The position numbers were made by a program, and so were the translations under genes. Shown here one piece after another: positions 47,248 to 56,485 of a stretch of DNA of 64,000 bases; positions within the stretch are counted from its first letter, which is position 1; each line of letters starts with the position of its first letter. The notes under the pieces are model-generated. The model was not told the origin of the DNA. It made no database searches and saw only the letters and a list, made by a program, of their open reading frames with translations. The stretch spans positions 1,507 to 65,506 of the forward strand of contig JAQBPY010000254.1 of NCBI GenBank assembly GCA_028287285.1, given 5' to 3'. The DNA is from Gemmatimonadota bacterium. GTDB taxonomy: Bacteria; Gemmatimonadota; Gemmatimonadetes; Gemmatimonadales; Gemmatimonadaceae.

Positions 47248-47750
47248 CAGCCGTCCTTTCTCGACGTCACGTTTTTCACGCGCACCTGTTCCACCACGTC
47301 GAAGCCGAGCGCGCTCCACGCACCTTCGGCCTCCATACTTCCCGCGACGTTGTGCAGCCGCATCTGCTCGAGCCCTCGTAGCCGTGACCAGCGCTCCACG
47401 GCCAGCAACAGCGCACGGAGCACACCGCGCCGGCGGAACGACGGTTTCACGTAGGCCGACGATACATAGGCATATCGCGCCGGATCGAGCAGCAGGGAGC
47501 CGATCGACTCGACGCAGCGCAGGATGCCGGCGACGTCGTCACCAATGAGCGCGAGGTAGATCGTTTCATTCATCGCGCGCAGCTGCGTGACGAACAGGTC
47601 TCGTGCACGCTTGTCGACGTCGGGCCTCAGCCGCCCGTAGATGGGATGCGTGGGATGTTCGCGCAGCAACGCGAGTCGCATCTCGAGGACCGCCTCGAGA
47701 TCGTGCAGGGTTGCGGCGCGAACGATGATCTCACCCCCCAAACAAGTCAT
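47247..47750 (-). CDS. GNAT family N-acetyltransferase
   Basis: VSSAYVKPSFRRRGVLRALLLAVERW is the acetyl-CoA motif A (R-x-x-G-x-A/G type). Start uncertain: ATG 47750 overlaps the upstream gene by 20 nt. Confidence 0.65.
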   Translation of the reverse strand: MTCLGGEIIVRAATLHDLEAVLEMRLALLREHPTHPIYGRLRPDVDKRARDLFVTQLRAMNETIYLALIGDDVAGILRCVESIGSLLLDPARYAYVSSAYVKPSFRRRGVLRALLLAVERWSRLRGLEQMRLHNVAGSMEAEGAWSALGFDVVEQVRVKNVTSRKDG

Positions 47751-49194
47751 CACTCGGCCGGCGTCTGCGGCGTTCCGGCTCGGCACGTCCATACAATCCT
47801 CCATCCGAGCGCGAGATTTTCTTGCGCGCGACGAGTGCCTCGAGCACGAGCTCGCATGCGGCGACCGTCTGCGATGCATCACCCTCCGCCGCCAGTCCGA
47901 TGTGCCTGACCAACTCGACGAGCCCAGGCACGAGCTGAAATGCGGCCTGCATGCCTTCGGCGCGCTCGTCTTCCGTGAGCTGGAGGTTTCCACCTTCGTC
48001 GAACCAGATGATGACGTCGTCCGTGTTCATGCCGCCCGCGCGCTCGCTGAACGTGGCATCGGCGGCGCGCCGAATGAGCTCACGTGCGATTGCATGTCCA
48101 CCCACGAGCTCACCCTGGTACTCGAGCTCGATCTTGCCGGTGATGGCCGGCTGTGCCGCGTAGACGTCCGAGATGCGCGGGACGATTTCCGTTTCGCCCG
48201 TCACGATTGCGCGACGCTCCGCGTTGGAAACGGCATTTTCCATCACGCTGATGGGCATGCGCTGCGATACGCCGGAGCGCCGGTCGATGCGCTTGTCCTC
48301 GCGCGCCTCGAACGCGACGCGCTCCACTACTTCGGCGATGAAGTCGGGGATGCGCACGCTCTTGCCTTCGCGCGCCGTCCATGCCTCCTGGCTCGTGATC
48401 GACATTCCCAGCTCGACCGTTTCAGGATAGTGCGTGATGATCTCGCTGCCGATGCGATCCTTGAGCGGCGTGATGATCTTGCCGCGCGCCGTGTAGTCCT
48501 CGGGGTTCGCGGTGAAGCACAGCTGCACGTCGAGCGGAAGGCGAACCGGATAGCCCTTGATCTGGACGTCGCCTTCCTGCATCACGTTGAACAGTCCGAC
48601 CTGTACCTTGCCGGCGAGGTCCGGCAGCTCGTTCAGGGCAAAGATGCCGCGATTTGCACGCGGCAGCATGCCGTAGTGGATGGTCAACTCATCGGAGAGC
48701 ACATGTCCACCGCGGGCAGCGCGGATGGGGTCGAGATCGCCGATCATGTCTGCGATGGTGACGTCAGGAGTCGCGAGCTTTTCAACGAACCGGCTGTCGC
48801 GATCCACCCACGCCACGGGCGTGTCGTCGCGTGCGTCGGCAATGAGGTTCTTGCCATAGCGCGAAATGGGCGCGAATGGATTGTCGTTCACCTCGCTGCC
48901 GGCAATGATCGGCATGACGTCGTCGAGCAAGGTCAACAACGCGCGAAGAATGCGTGACTTGGCCTGGCCGCGGAGCCCAAGCAGGATGAAGTTATGCTTC
49001 GACAGCAGCGCATTGACGATCTGCGGCATGACTGTCTCTTCGTATCCGATCACTCCTTCGAACAGCGGCCCGCCCCGGGCCAGCCTGCCAAGGAGATTCT
49101 GGCGCATCTCATCCTTTACGGACCGTGTGGCGCGGTTTGCCGCTCCCCACGGGGAACGGGCGAGGGCGCCGAGTGTTTCTGGGTGCTGCGACAA
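47731..49194 (-). CDS. ChlI/MoxR-like AAA ATPase (often annotated 'sigma-54 interacting' or 'Mg chelatase-like')
   Basis: ILLGLRGQAKSRILRAL is a P-loop variant. 487 aa. Family resemblance to ATPases that normally pair with vWA proteins. TTG start at 49194. Confidence 0.6.
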   Translation of the reverse strand: MSQHPETLGALARSPWGAANRATRSVKDEMRQNLLGRLARGGPLFEGVIGYEETVMPQIVNALLSKHNFILLGLRGQAKSRILRALLTLLDDVMPIIAGSEVNDNPFAPISRYGKNLIADARDDTPVAWVDRDSRFVEKLATPDVTIADMIGDLDPIRAARGGHVLSDELTIHYGMLPRANRGIFALNELPDLAGKVQVGLFNVMQEGDVQIKGYPVRLPLDVQLCFTANPEDYTARGKIITPLKDRIGSEIITHYPETVELGMSITSQEAWTAREGKSVRIPDFIAEVVERVAFEAREDKRIDRRSGVSQRMPISVMENAVSNAERRAIVTGETEIVPRISDVYAAQPAITGKIELEYQGELVGGHAIARELIRRAADATFSERAGGMNTDDVIIWFDEGGNLQLTEDERAEGMQAAFQLVPGLVELVRHIGLAAEGDASQTVAACELVLEALVARKKISRSDGGLYGRAEPERRRRRPSDDLFGG

Positions 49195-49293
49195 CGCTGC
49201 CTCCGGGGCAAAAATCGGTTCTTTTCGGAAGTAGCTTTACGTGCCGTGCAATCGCAAGTGGCGTACGGAAACATTGCGCCGCCGCACCAGCGG

Positions 49294-49485
49294 GCATCTC
49301 GCATGCGCGAAGTGCGTGCCGGGGATTGGTGGCGGATGGCGTGGCAAAGGCCGGCCTCACAGACCAGTACAGTATCTCCCGACATTCGTTCGCTTCGCTC
49401 ACTCCTGCGGGATGAGAGGGTGCGATGCGGCATCCGATTGTCATCCCGCATGAGCGAAGCGAATGTCGGGAGATTGGTGGCGGAT
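49294..49485. repeat. Cluster of three family-A REP-like units (+, -, +)
   Basis: gcatctcgcatgcgcgaagtgcgtgccggggattggtggcggat / atctcccgacattcgttcgcttcgctcactcctgcgggatga / tgtcatcccgcatgagcgaagcgaatgtcgggagattggtggcggat. Confidence 0.75.
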
Positions 49486-49560
49486 CGTTTGCCCAACCGG
49501 CCACGGCGTCCAGCATCTCTCCGGCAGTCGCTCCGCTTCGCACACGCCGGCGAACGACAG

Positions 49561-51663
49561 TCACGCCGACTCCACCTCGACCTGATTGTCGTAGAACACC
49601 GGCCCGTTGCCGAGATCAGTCAACCGCTGCGATGTGGTCTGGTTCGCATTGGCGCCGTCACCGGCGAGCTTGCCCCACCAGATCGACGGCGCCCACACCA
49701 CGCCCTCCCGAATGGACGGCTCCACGCGTGCACGCGCGAGAAATGCGCCACGGTCATTCCGCACGGTCACCATCGCCCCCACGGAGATGCCACGACGCTC
49801 GGCGTCCGCGGGATGGAGCAGGACCTCCGGCTCCTTCGCCTGACGTCGCAGGGACGTGACGTTCACGAACGTGGTGTTGAGGAACTGATGCGCTGGCGAC
49901 GAGATCAACGTGAGCGGATATCGCGCCACGAGCTCGGCGTCACGCTCCACGGACTCATATGGTGGAATGTACGTCGGCAACGGATCGAGTCCCATCTCCG
50001 CGAGCCGCACCGAATAGAATTCACACTTGCCACTCGGCGTCGGGAATTCGCCGTCGGCGTACGGGAGATACGGCGTAGGTACGTTGAGCCGAGTCCACCC
50101 TTTTTCCAGCAGCGTTTCGAACGACACACCCTGAAGCCTGGGTGCCCCTGTGTCGAGCGCCTGCCGAATGAGCGCGAGATCGTCGTCCTGAAATGCCGGA
50201 TCGGTCATCCCCATTCGCGCCGCGAGCAGCCGGAAGATCTCGCTGTTCGGCTTCGCTTCACCGAGCGGCGCGATGGCCGGCTGATTCAGCGACACATAGT
50301 GATGTCCGTACGCGAAGTGGACGTCCCAATGCTCCAGTTGCGTGGTGGCCGGCAGCACGATGTCGGCCCAGTCGCACGTATCGGTCTGGAAATGCTCGAG
50401 CACAACGGTAAAGAGATCCTCGCGCGCGAGCCCGCGCGTGACCGCATTGCGGTCGGGGGCAACGGCGGCAGGGTTGCTGTTGTAGACAACGAGTGCCTTC
50501 ACGGGCGGACCGCCCACACCGCCGTCGGCCGTGGTGAGCGCATCGCCAAGGCGGATCATGTTGATGGTGCGCGTCGCGGGACCGAGGTCGACGCGTGCAA
50601 GCGCCGCCTTGTTGAACATGAAGTTCGCCGACGTGGACAGTTGCACACCGCCGCCGGCGCGCCGCCAATGGCCGGTAACTGCCGGCAGGCATGCAATGGT
50701 GCGAACAGCCATGCCGCCGCCTGCATGACGCTGCAGCCCGTAGTTCACGCGAATGAACGCGGCCCTGGACGCTCCATATCGTTCGCCGAGCGACACGATC
50801 GTCTCCACGGGAAGACCCGTGGCCTCCGACGTGCGCTCGGGAGTCCATTCGGCAGCCCGCTCGCGCAATGCCTCATGGCCGAGTGTAAAGCGCTCCATGT
50901 AGTCGCGATCCTCGAGGCCGCGCGCAAAAATCACGTGCATGACGCCCAGGGCGAGCGCCGCATCGGTGCCGGGCCGAATGGGAATCCACTCGTCGCACTG
51001 GAGCGCGGTCCGCGTCCGGATGGGGTCGATGCAGATGATTTTTGCACCGCGCTCCCGTGCCTTCAGGATGAACGGCCAGAGATGCGGATTTGCCGTGAGC
51101 GTGTTCGTTCCCCACAGGAGAATGAGATCACTTTGCGGTACCCCTTCGCCATCCGCGCCGACATTCGCGCCAACGGTCATCCGCATGCCCACCGTTCCCG
51201 CCATCGAGCAGATGGTGCGGTCGAGCTTCGAGGCGCCGAGTGCATGGAAGAAACGCAGGTCCATCGACGAGCCCTGCACCATGCCCATCGTGCCGGCGTA
51301 CGAGTACGGCAGGATGGATTCTGCGCCGAATTCCTTCGCGATGGATCCAAGGCGAAGCGCGATTTCATCGAGCGCCGCCTCCCACGTGATGGCCTCGAAT
51401 TGTCCGCTGCCTTTTGGCCCGACGCGGCGAAGCGGCGTGCGAAGCCGGTCGTGGTGATACGTGCGCTCCACGTATCGGTTGACTTTCGCGCAGAGGAATC
51501 CGTTGGTGACCGGATGGTCAGGATCGCCGGCAACACGCGTCGCGATGCCATTTTCGACCGTGACGAGCATGGCGCACGTGTCAGGGCAATCGTGTGGGCA
51601 TGCGCCGCGGACCACGCCGTTGCGACGGATCTCGTTTTTCGCGGAGGGAGTTTCGGAAGACAT
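49561..51663 (-). CDS. Molybdopterin (bis-MGD) oxidoreductase, MopB superfamily
   Basis: N-terminal 4Fe-4S motif CPHDCPDTC. 700 aa with typical MopB and C-terminal barrel regions. Substrate unknown. Confidence 0.8.
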   Translation of the reverse strand: MSSETPSAKNEIRRNGVVRGACPHDCPDTCAMLVTVENGIATRVAGDPDHPVTNGFLCAKVNRYVERTYHHDRLRTPLRRVGPKGSGQFEAITWEAALDEIALRLGSIAKEFGAESILPYSYAGTMGMVQGSSMDLRFFHALGASKLDRTICSMAGTVGMRMTVGANVGADGEGVPQSDLILLWGTNTLTANPHLWPFILKARERGAKIICIDPIRTRTALQCDEWIPIRPGTDAALALGVMHVIFARGLEDRDYMERFTLGHEALRERAAEWTPERTSEATGLPVETIVSLGERYGASRAAFIRVNYGLQRHAGGGMAVRTIACLPAVTGHWRRAGGGVQLSTSANFMFNKAALARVDLGPATRTINMIRLGDALTTADGGVGGPPVKALVVYNSNPAAVAPDRNAVTRGLAREDLFTVVLEHFQTDTCDWADIVLPATTQLEHWDVHFAYGHHYVSLNQPAIAPLGEAKPNSEIFRLLAARMGMTDPAFQDDDLALIRQALDTGAPRLQGVSFETLLEKGWTRLNVPTPYLPYADGEFPTPSGKCEFYSVRLAEMGLDPLPTYIPPYESVERDAELVARYPLTLISSPAHQFLNTTFVNVTSLRRQAKEPEVLLHPADAERRGISVGAMVTVRNDRGAFLARARVEPSIREGVVWAPSIWWGKLAGDGANANQTTSQRLTDLGNGPVFYDNQVEVESA

Positions 51664-51899
51664 GAGTGGGGACTTGAGTCAGTCGCGAAGGTAGCGAGGG
51701 CAGGCGCGGAGGACCACAGGCGGGCCGGAATACATTACAAAGTCATCTTATAAGTCGTTGCTGTAGCGCTAGTTACATACTGCATGCAAACATTTGCGTA
51801 CTCATCCGGGGCATTTCGGTGGATTTCCCGAGCCGCCGCAGGGGCGAAACAATGAGGAACCCGTTGGGGCGTAGTCACTTGGCCCACCACAATTCACCC

Positions 51900-51927
51900 T
51901 TGACATGTGGTCCCGAAATTCTAACTT
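51900..51927 (+). promoter_or_regulatory. Candidate sigma-70-type promoter for the small lipoprotein gene
   Basis: TTGACA-16 nt-TAACTT, about 80 nt upstream of ATG 52006. Confidence 0.3.
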
Positions 51928-52005
51928 TTACCCCGCTGAAGCCGGGCACCGAGAACGTGCGCGGACCAACGCGTCATTCACTCAAGACCTAATCAGGAGA
52001 ATTAC

Positions 52006-52266
52006 ATGAAGCGCCTGGCCCTTGTCGCAGTCGTGCTCGTCGCGGCCTGCAGTGCGAAGGAAACCCCCAAGGCTGACACCGCCGCTCCGGCGATGGCACC
52101 TGCGCCGGCACCGGTTGCCGTCGACACCACCAAGAAGGACTCGGCCTCCATGGCCGGCATGAAGATGGACACGGCCAAGGCCAAGATGGACACGTCCATG
52201 AAGAAGATGGAAGAAGCCAAGGGCGCCATGAAGGATGCCAAGGCTGCCGCTCCGAAGAAGCCGTAA
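52006..52266 (+). CDS. Small Lys/Ala/Met-rich lipoprotein
   Basis: AGGAGA Shine-Dalgarno. MKRLALVAVVLVAACS lipobox. Repeats KMDT(A/S)K. Confidence 0.7.
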   Translation: MKRLALVAVVLVAACSAKETPKADTAAPAMAPAPAPVAVDTTKKDSASMAGMKMDTAKAKMDTSMKKMEEAKGAMKDAKAAAPKKP

Positions 52267-52290
52267 TTTTCTTCACTGCGTCTTGAGATC

Positions 52291-52326
52291 GGGGCGGTAC
52301 ACCTCAGGGTGTGCCGCCCCGTTTCT
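52291..52326 (+). terminator. Rho-independent terminator
   Basis: ggggcggtacacc-tcag-ggtgtgccgcccc (13-bp stem with one G-U pair) followed by gtttct. Confidence 0.65.
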
Positions 52327-52329
52327 CAT

Positions 52330-53394
52330 TCAGTCCGTTGCAAAGGGCAGGGCCATGACGTCGACGGTACGCTCCGCGATCGTGTCATCAACGTTCCAGC
52401 GCGCGATGAGCGCGGCGCCCGCCGCCACTTCACGACGAATCATCGCGATGGCAATGCCGCCGAGCCGCGGTGAGCGCACACTGCTGCGAACGTCGCCCAC
52501 CTGAAGTCCGTCCTCGCCATGCAGTGTCGCGCCCATGGGCGGCGCATCGAGGCCACTCGCGCGAATCCCACGAAGATGCTTGTTCACGTGTCCACGAAAG
52601 TGAAGACGTGCGACCGTTTCCTGTCCAACGTAGCAGCCTTTCGTGTACGAGATGGCGTGCAGCTCGTCGAAGTTCGCTTCCTGCGGAATAGTGGTGTCGT
52701 CCATGTCGACTCCCCACTCCGGACGGCCCGCTTCGACGCGCGCAATCTCCCACGCGTCCAGACCGGCGGGCAATGCACCCGCCGCAACAGCGCGCTCCCA
52801 CAGCGCATCGAATTGATCCGCGTCGACGATGAGCTCGAACCCCTCGACGTCGAGATCCACCGAGCGAACGACGAGCATCTTGTGCCCGCCCATGTCCACG
52901 GTGATGTGCGCGTAGGGAGCGAGCGCGGTGAGCGCCGGCGACTGCACACCGGTGAGCGCCGCCACCACGTGCCGCGCATTGACGCCGAACACGCCCAGGT
53001 CGCGAAGGGCCGCACTTTCATCGACGTGTGGTGCGATGCGCGGATTCACGAACTTCTTCACCATGGACGCCCACGCCGCGGCGGCGCGCGGCGGCGCGTC
53101 CACCAGCACACTGCCTTCCTCGACGAAAATGCGGACGTCGGCGATGATCTTGCCCTTGGCGGTAAGGGCCGCCGCGTAACAGCCCTGGCCCGCTACGAGT
53201 CCGGAGACGTCATTCGTGACGAGGCCGGTCACCATCTCGGCGGCCTTGTCGCCCTTGAGGCGTACGCGCCCACGATGGCTGCGATCGAAGAGCACGGCGC
53301 CGGCATGCAGGGCTTCGTACTCGACGGCGACACTGCCATACGCGAGCACGACGCTGCGCCCGCCGACGTCGCCAAGGGTGTGCATGGCGGTCAT
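52330..53394 (-). CDS. ygfZ: YgfZ/GcvT-like folate-binding protein
   Basis: KGCYVGQETVARL signature. GcvT-like N-terminal region. Confidence 0.7.
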   Translation of the reverse strand: MTAMHTLGDVGGRSVVLAYGSVAVEYEALHAGAVLFDRSHRGRVRLKGDKAAEMVTGLVTNDVSGLVAGQGCYAAALTAKGKIIADVRIFVEEGSVLVDAPPRAAAAWASMVKKFVNPRIAPHVDESAALRDLGVFGVNARHVVAALTGVQSPALTALAPYAHITVDMGGHKMLVVRSVDLDVEGFELIVDADQFDALWERAVAAGALPAGLDAWEIARVEAGRPEWGVDMDDTTIPQEANFDELHAISYTKGCYVGQETVARLHFRGHVNKHLRGIRASGLDAPPMGATLHGEDGLQVGDVRSSVRSPRLGGIAIAMIRREVAAGAALIARWNVDDTIAERTVDVMALPFATD

Positions 53395-53993
53395 GGTGTA
53401 CGCTCCGCAGTGGTGAGGCCGGCAATGCGCGCGAGGTCCGCGAGCGTCATGCCGTCAATGGCGTCGATGGAGCCATCCGCATCGATGGCGGCGTGCGCCG
53501 GCATTCCGATGGCGATAGCCCTGAGCGCGGCATGCTTTGCCTGTCGCAGGCCGCTGCCGCTCGATACGATGGCCACGGACCGCGTGGCGGAAAGCGGCTT
53601 GCGTTTCGCGAGGAGGTCGAGCGCCGCCCGAAAGTCGTTCGCGGCATCGTCGTTGGCGGTGACGATGGCCGACGCGGCGCCGTCCAGGCCGGCGAGTCGG
53701 AGGACAAATTCCGTTTCCGGGCGCGTTGCGCGCGTGACGACGGCGAGCCGCGAGCCGAGTTGAATGCGTTCGACAAACTCTCTCGCGCCCGGCTCGAGTA
53801 TGACGCCCTTTCCCAGCCGCTCGGCAAAATGCCTGCTGGCGCGGAGTGCAACGAGGTCGCTCACGGTGGCGTCTTTCGCGGCGGACTCGCGCGTCGCGCC
53901 TTCATCAGCGAGCGCACGACTCAGTGCGTCGCGGCGGGCGGCGGCAGTGGAAACGAGCACACACTCCCAGTCGAGCAGGACAGCATCGAGCAT
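53391..53993 (-). CDS. HAD-like hydrolase with degenerate motif I
   Basis: VLLDWECVLV replaces DxDGT. ATGA overlap with ygfZ. Confidence 0.4.
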   Translation of the reverse strand: MLDAVLLDWECVLVSTAAARRDALSRALADEGATRESAAKDATVSDLVALRASRHFAERLGKGVILEPGAREFVERIQLGSRLAVVTRATRPETEFVLRLAGLDGAASAIVTANDDAANDFRAALDLLAKRKPLSATRSVAIVSSGSGLRQAKHAALRAIAIGMPAHAAIDADGSIDAIDGMTLADLARIAGLTTAERTP

Positions 53994-54107
53994 GCCTGAA
54001 TATACGACGTGTATGTGTGTATATGCGTGGACGGACGGACTGATTCGTTTCAGGGGCCGCGTGTCATGAGGCCGGCGTTGCGGCTCCGGCAGAAGGCGAA
54101 CGCAGGG

Positions 54108-55382
54108 TCAAAGGTTTCCGTACGATGCATCCAACAAGTCAATTGGGTGCACCGCCCTTACCCCCACCCCCGCCTGCTGCAACCCGGCCCCGATCTGCAT
54201 GAGACACCCCGGATTCCCCGTCGCCACCAGCGGCGCACCAGTCAGTGCGATATTCGCCAACTTCGGCGCGAGCACACGATTGCTCACGTCGGGCTCCACC
54301 AGGTTGTAGATACCGGCGCTGCCGCAGCATTGGTCACTCGCGTTCAACGGCACGAGCGTAAGCCCGGGAATGGCGCCGAGCACGCGTAGGGGTGGAGTGG
54401 CGATGCGCTGCGCGTGAAGCAGGTGACAGGGTGCGTCGTACGTGACTGTGAGCGGCAGCGCGCCGCCGGTGCGCGGACCCGCCTCGGCAAGCAGCTCGCT
54501 CACGTCTCGCACGCGCGCGGAAAAGCTGACAGCACGCTCATGCCAGCCGGCATCATGCTCGAGTATCTGACCGTATTCCTTCATCATTGCACCGCAGCCC
54601 GCGGCGTTCACCGCCACGTAGTCGGCACCGGCTGCCTCGAACGCCTCGATGTTCGCCCGCGCCAATGTGCGAGCCGTCTCGGCGTCGCCGGCATGCGCAT
54701 GCAGTGCACCACAGCAGCGCTGCTGTGGCGCGAGCACGAGCGAATAGTCATTCATGGACAATGTGCGTTCCGTCGCCCGATTCGTCTCGGCAAAGAGGCC
54801 TTCCATGACGCATCCTGTAAGCACGGCCACCGAGCCGCGTGATCCCGATGAGTCCGGCGAATAGCGCTTGCGCGTGATGGACGCTCGCGTCGATTCGAGC
54901 ATGGCCATGGCGAAGCCGAGCCGGCCAGGCAAGCTCGCCAACAGACGCGAAAGTCCCAGTGCGCGCGTCAGACGGCCACCAAACATGAACAGCAGCATCA
55001 GTGGACGTCGCGCGAAGGCGAACAGGATGGCCCGTGCCACGAACGGGATGGGCTTGACCGCGGTAAGCGTTGCGCGCGTGGCTTCGAGCAGGTGGCCATA
55101 CGGCACCCCGGATGGACAGGCTGTTTCGCAGGCGCGGCACCCGAGACAGCGATCGATGTGCGTGTGGACGTCTTCGTTCGTCGTCGCGAGCGTGCCCTCG
55201 ACCAGGCCGCGCATGAGGACGATGCGACCACGGGGGCTGTCGTTCTCGTCCTCCAGCGCGAGGTAGGTGGGGCACGCCTGCAGGCAGAACCCGCAATGCA
55301 CGCACGCGTCGATACCACCGCTCGCGAGGTCGAGTGGAGATCCAGGAATTGCACACGGTATGGAGCCCGTAGTCACGCTCAT
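54108..55382 (-). CDS. glcF: Glycolate oxidase iron-sulfur subunit GlcF
   Basis: CVHCGFCLQACP and CLGCRACETACP ferredoxin motifs, plus two CCG-type Cys-rich repeats. Confidence 0.8.
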   Translation of the reverse strand: MSVTTGSIPCAIPGSPLDLASGGIDACVHCGFCLQACPTYLALEDENDSPRGRIVLMRGLVEGTLATTNEDVHTHIDRCLGCRACETACPSGVPYGHLLEATRATLTAVKPIPFVARAILFAFARRPLMLLFMFGGRLTRALGLSRLLASLPGRLGFAMAMLESTRASITRKRYSPDSSGSRGSVAVLTGCVMEGLFAETNRATERTLSMNDYSLVLAPQQRCCGALHAHAGDAETARTLARANIEAFEAAGADYVAVNAAGCGAMMKEYGQILEHDAGWHERAVSFSARVRDVSELLAEAGPRTGGALPLTVTYDAPCHLLHAQRIATPPLRVLGAIPGLTLVPLNASDQCCGSAGIYNLVEPDVSNRVLAPKLANIALTGAPLVATGNPGCLMQIGAGLQQAGVGVRAVHPIDLLDASYGNL

Positions 55383-56485
55383 GTGTTGCCGAGTATGCCG
55401 GGGTTCAAGATGCTGTCGGGGTCAAAGGCGTGCCTGACGCCTCGTGCGAGTGTATCCGTGGAGCGCGCACGCGTTGCCAGCGGCCAGAGCGATGCAGGCA
55501 GCCGCTCGCCAATGAGCGTCATCTCGGCAGACAGCGCCGCTAGCATCTGCGGCAGCTCCTTGCTCTCGCCAGGAGGCAGGATGCAGCGAACCACACCTCG
55601 ACTCACCGTTGCGTGTGCGACGCCGCCGAACATTTCCGTGAGCTCCAGCGCGCGAGCCCACACGTGCGCGATGCGTGCGGGCATCGCGCTCACCCGGAAC
55701 ACAATCGCACCGGGTTGTTCAATGCCCGCGAGCTTGCTCCACACATTTGCCGGAAGCACACGTGAATCGCCGAGTGCGGCCGCAGCATTGCGCGCGGCCG
55801 CAACCAGTGGAGAATTCCCGCCGAGCCGCACCAGGAGGCTCGCGTCGGCACTGCCCGTAAGCGGCTGCGCGAGCGCAGGAGAAAGAAACTCGGCGGCGAG
55901 TGGCGTGTGCACACTGGCACGCACCCAGTCGGCGACAGCCCCGACCGAGCCTGCCGCGATGGCGAGTGTGCAGTCTTCTTCCGGCTTGGCGCGCACACGG
56001 ACGGTGATTTCCGTTAGCATACCAACCGTGCCCCAGGAGCCGGTGGCGAGGCGTACGAGGTCAAAGCCCGCCACGTTCTTCACGACCTGTCCCCCGGCCC
56101 GTACGATGTCGCCTGCACCTGTCACGAATTCACAGCCCAGCACGTGATCACGCGGCACGCCGAAGGCACTTGCCAGCGGCCCCCACGACCCCGTTGCAAC
56201 CGTTGCACCCAGTGTGCCGGTAGTAACTCCAAAGGGATCGAGCGTGAGCCATTGATCGTTGGCGTTCGTGACGCGTTGTATCTCGGAGAACGGCGTACCG
56301 GCGCGCACGGTGAGCACGAGGTCACCTGGCTCGTACGTAACCACGCCCGTGTCGGCACTCAACGTCTCCGATGCATCGCACGGTCGTCCCGCATCGAGCC
56401 AGGTGCCGCCACCCGTGAGTCGCAACGGCATCCGCCGAGCACGCGCATCGGCGATGAGTGCGGAGATCTCGGCGCTGCTGCTCAT
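55379..56485 (-). CDS. glcE: Glycolate oxidase FAD-binding subunit GlcE
   Basis: FAD-binding PCMH-type fold (LRLTGGGTWLDAG, VKNVAGFDL). ATGA overlaps on both sides, placed between glcD and glcF. Confidence 0.7.
   Translation of the reverse strand: MSSSAEISALIADARARRMPLRLTGGGTWLDAGRPCDASETLSADTGVVTYEPGDLVLTVRAGTPFSEIQRVTNANDQWLTLDPFGVTTGTLGATVATGSWGPLASAFGVPRDHVLGCEFVTGAGDIVRAGGQVVKNVAGFDLVRLATGSWGTVGMLTEITVRVRAKPEEDCTLAIAAGSVGAVADWVRASVHTPLAAEFLSPALAQPLTGSADASLLVRLGGNSPLVAAARNAAAALGDSRVLPANVWSKLAGIEQPGAIVFRVSAMPARIAHVWARALELTEMFGGVAHATVSRGVVRCILPPGESKELPQMLAALSAEMTLIGERLPASLWPLATRARSTDTLARGVRHAFDPDSILNPGILGNT

Noticed and set aside
48994-51753. 919-aa plus-strand ORF over the molybdopterin oxidoreductase (similarly 58757..60610, 43101..44306, 47641..48957 and 24670..25941)
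   Set aside because: All are antisense to genes with clear family motifs and have low-complexity Arg-rich translations.
51664-51800. Moco riboswitch upstream of the molybdoenzyme gene
   Set aside because: The minus-strand leader is short and AT-rich. A cccgagcc string occurs only on the other strand, and no convincing multi-stem structure is visible by eye. It needs an RF01055 scan.
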